This document shows, piece after piece, positions 60,918 to 64,000 of a stretch of DNA of 64,000 nt. This DNA is from Sphaerodactylus townsendi (lineage: Eukaryota). The DNA lies in the NCBI RefSeq assembly GCF_021028975.2, contig NC_059427.1, positions 130,820,001-130,884,000 of the forward strand. Direction: 5' to 3'. The notes under the pieces were generated by a model. It saw only the letters and a list, made by a program, of their open reading frames with translations, did no database searches and was not told the DNA's origin. Every line of letters begins with the position of its first letter. Position 1 is the first letter of the stretch. The position numbers were made by a program, and so were the translations under genes.

Positions 60918-63900
60918 TTAGCTGTCATGAAACAAGTTATCCTATTTGTAGATAGTTAAAATGAACAAACATGTAAACTAATTTAACCCTCTTTAGTAGC
61001 ATCTTCCTTGCAAAGTTCAGAAAACAAATTCATGTTCTTGCGCATTAAGCCTGAAGAAGCCTTTGTGTTGATTACGTTTTAAATTCAAGGTGTGATGAAA
61101 GGACCAGGCCTGTCTTTTCTGTTTTGTGCCTTCTAAAAGATTTGTGTATTTTGATTTAGTGCTAGAAAAAGATTGGAATAATGTTTGCTTCTTAAAGTTA
61201 CAGTTGCTTTTTTAATCAATTTGGTGATTTTTAGATTTCAGGTTTTTCTGCAAACCTGGGGCATTTTTCAGGTTTATAGAAAGATCTGTTCACAGCTCCA
61301 GGCCCCAGATTTAAGTATCCAAATAGTTGGATGACTTCGCTATTAGAATACAAGACAAAAAACTTGCAGGAGAGGCTATCCCATTTCACCCACCTTTGTT
61401 CCCCTCCATCCCCCCTATTTTTCTGTCTCTCACTTTTTCTTCATCCCACCTCTTACTCTTTCCCCCATGCTGTCACTCTCTTTTTCTGCCTCACCGTCCC
61501 TTCACTATTTTTCTTCCCCACCCCATCACTCTCTTTTATCTTTCCCATTTTTATCTTTCCTTCAAGAGGAATCCCAACGAACCTTGTGAGGGGGAATATT
61601 TTTCTTCATCCCTTTCCTCTTTGTGTGGGGAAATATTTTTCTTTGTCCATTCCCTCCTTGTTTGTGATTAACTTCCCTTCTGTAAAAGAACTCTAAAGGC
61701 TTAATACTTCTAGTATTAATACTTCTAGTATTAATTCATCACTTCTAGGTGTTCATAATAAAGATGTAATCCTGTCATTACTTTCAGACATATTGTTTTA
61801 ACATATTTATCCAAAAATGACCCCTGCTTGGTCACACAGACAAAAAGATTTTTTGTATGATAAATTTAGCAGTCAGAATCTGATGGCCAAGGGATATGGC
61901 TCCAGATCCATTTGGCTAAAGCTAAAATTGCCATTGTAAAATGGGAATAAAAATGCTGGCTCTCTCCAAGGTATAGTATATTAACTGACAGCACTGGAAA
62001 CGGAAGATAATTCATAAGCACTTTTATTGATACTGACAATGCAGTGGCCTTTCATTGATTGTCTAAATTACTGAAATGAAGAGCGGAGCTGTGCATTGTG
62101 AAAGGATCTGCCATACTTTAAGTACTTTTAAGCAGTATTTATAGTGTTCTTCCTTTGATTCTCAAAGCATGAATTGAGACTTGAGGGAGGGGGGTGATTG
62201 CGATATGCAGTTCTCTCTGTGAAGTATTCTAGAGAATTCTGAAATATACTCAGCAACTGGGATTCATTCATTTATGGGAAACCTAGACTATTATGGGGAA
62301 GGGTTCATCTGTAGTAGAGGTCATGTAGAAGGTTCCATTCCCAGCATCTCCAGTGAAAAGGGTCTTGGGAAGCAGTGCTGAGGAGTCCCTTGTTTAAGCT
62401 TTGGAGAGCTGCTGGCAAGCTGAATAGTCAACAATTAGCCAATGGATTTTGTTGATGTGAAGCAGCATCATACATTCACTACTTCGAAAGGTAGAATTAT
62501 GTTGTTGTGCTAGAATTGAGGTTCATTTGACTCATTTTATTTCTGCTTCTTTCTGCCTGGCCACATTTCTTGGATACTTAGGAACATCCTGTAATTGCCT
62601 TCAGTACATCCCTGGGCTACCATTCTGGAGCTGTGACCTGTTTTTCCTCAGTGAACACAGTACATTCGTATGTGGGTGATTTCTCCTTAAAAACCAGAAG
62701 TTATTTCTGCCTAAAAGCTAAGCAAGGCCTGCTTCTGCTGCTGTCCTCCCAGTACTGGTCCTATTTCATTACAGCAAAGTAACTTTTTCTTTCCATTGTC
62801 AGCGATCAGCCTGTTAGTCTTGGATCATAGATCCCAGGAATTCCAAACGCAGAATCTTTGCCCTCTGTTACGTCTTTTTAGGCCAATTTAGGCCTTTAAA
62901 TAACTTATTTCACCTCTCCTTTCCTGTGTCTCAAAGGACGTTTCCCGCCCATGATTTGTTTTTCATTTTGCTTGAGCTGTTCAGTTGCTTCTTAATGATG
63001 CTTGTAAAATGCCCCCAGATGCTTTCCAACAGGCCTTTTTAAAGAGAAAGTAATAATGTTAATAAAATACAAACCAACTGTAGCTTCTGGACAGTAGTAT
63101 AATAAAGCTTTGGGTTTCACTGCAGAATTCTGATATTCCTGTGTATATCTTTTTCTTACTCTGTTGTTTGGTGTGGCTAGATTGGAACAGGGATTGAGTG
63201 ATGGGGATGTTCCACTTCTGAATTGACGATTCTATGTACTGTTGCTTGTGCAGAAGGGACACCTTTTTGGTCCCTAGTTATAGTGGCCAAATATCTCTTG
63301 TCGGGGCAGTTTTGTTGTGTATGCCTACTTTAACAACAAATTTAGCAACAACCGAGTGTCTAGATTTTCTTGCATAGATGCACAGGTCATTGACAGCTGG
63401 AGGTGCCTGGGGACATCACAGCTGTCATGATGCTGTGCTGCCTCCAGAGGGCTTCCAGGTGACACGGGTAGGCGTAAATTGGAAGCCCTGACCACATTGT
63501 TCCCAATCCTGAAGCCTGGGTGGAAGCCAACTAAGGTTGTCTCCACCCCAGGGAATGTCCTGGCCCGCCCATCCGCTGTGGCAGTGTCCAATAGGACACC
63601 AGTATTCCTCTGCAGCAGTGTCCACTTCCAGGTTTCACTGCCATGGAGCTGAGGGGTGCCTAACTGCCGGCACCTTTGCCTTCTCTACTGGTGGGGTGAC
63701 CCTTATTCCGGGGGGGGGGGGGCAATGTGTTGGCACAGCACAGTGCTGATCCCACAGTCCATTCGCCTCTCCCCCCACCCCCAGGTCTGGATTGACCTGT
63801 TAATCATTCTTAGGTGGCACTGTAACATGTAAGCAAGGTCCTTTGGTTCATCATTTCAGTTGTCTTTTGCTTACAAACTGGCAGTTCAGCTGCTTTTGGT

Positions 63901-64000
63901 TAACATTAGAGTTCTAACTTTGTGGCAGGGCTCAGCAGTCCAGTTCAAATGTTGGTGGGGTCTTCTTGCAGGGTTGCATCAAATCAGGTTTTGTGTGCCT

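Noticed and set aside
61700-61736. Short direct duplications here and at ~1645, ~2320, ~20453, ~27872, ~49469
   Set aside because: Isolated 15-25 bp tandem duplications consistent with ordinary slippage or repair

Overview
Eukaryotic (vertebrate) non-coding DNA, almost certainly from a squamate reptile and probably a gecko, judged by abundant Squam3-like CORE-SINEs, a 5S-Sauria SINE, and RTE, RTE-X, CR1, L2, L1, Penelope and hAT MITE families. I can recognise no host protein-coding exon. The T/G-rich + strand suggests a long intron of a + strand gene, but this is only an inference. Nearly every long ORF in the track is a decayed transposon ORF or a simple-repeat artefact. Most informative structures: (1) a near full-length L2 (2365-6590, -) whose endonuclease is split by a solo LTR with a perfect 4-bp TSD and by a ~49-bp RTE-X micro-insertion; (2) a nested RTE at 38.8-42.3 kb carrying a solo LTR and a Ngaro/DIRS tyrosine-recombinase element, which itself contains a hAT MITE; (3) three identical 148-bp palindromic hAT MITEs plus two sister variants whose substitutions are mirrored in both arms; (4) three Penelope-derived minimal hammerhead ribozyme motifs, one nearly intact; (5) a 1.34-kb hAT-terminated fold-back element built from three palindromic modules; (6) a CpG island at ~55.7-56.25 kb with no recognisable repeat, with a splice donor and a candidate downstream exon. 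No clearly new biological system is proven. The MITE family, the hammerheads, the RTE-X tails and the CpG island are the best leads.
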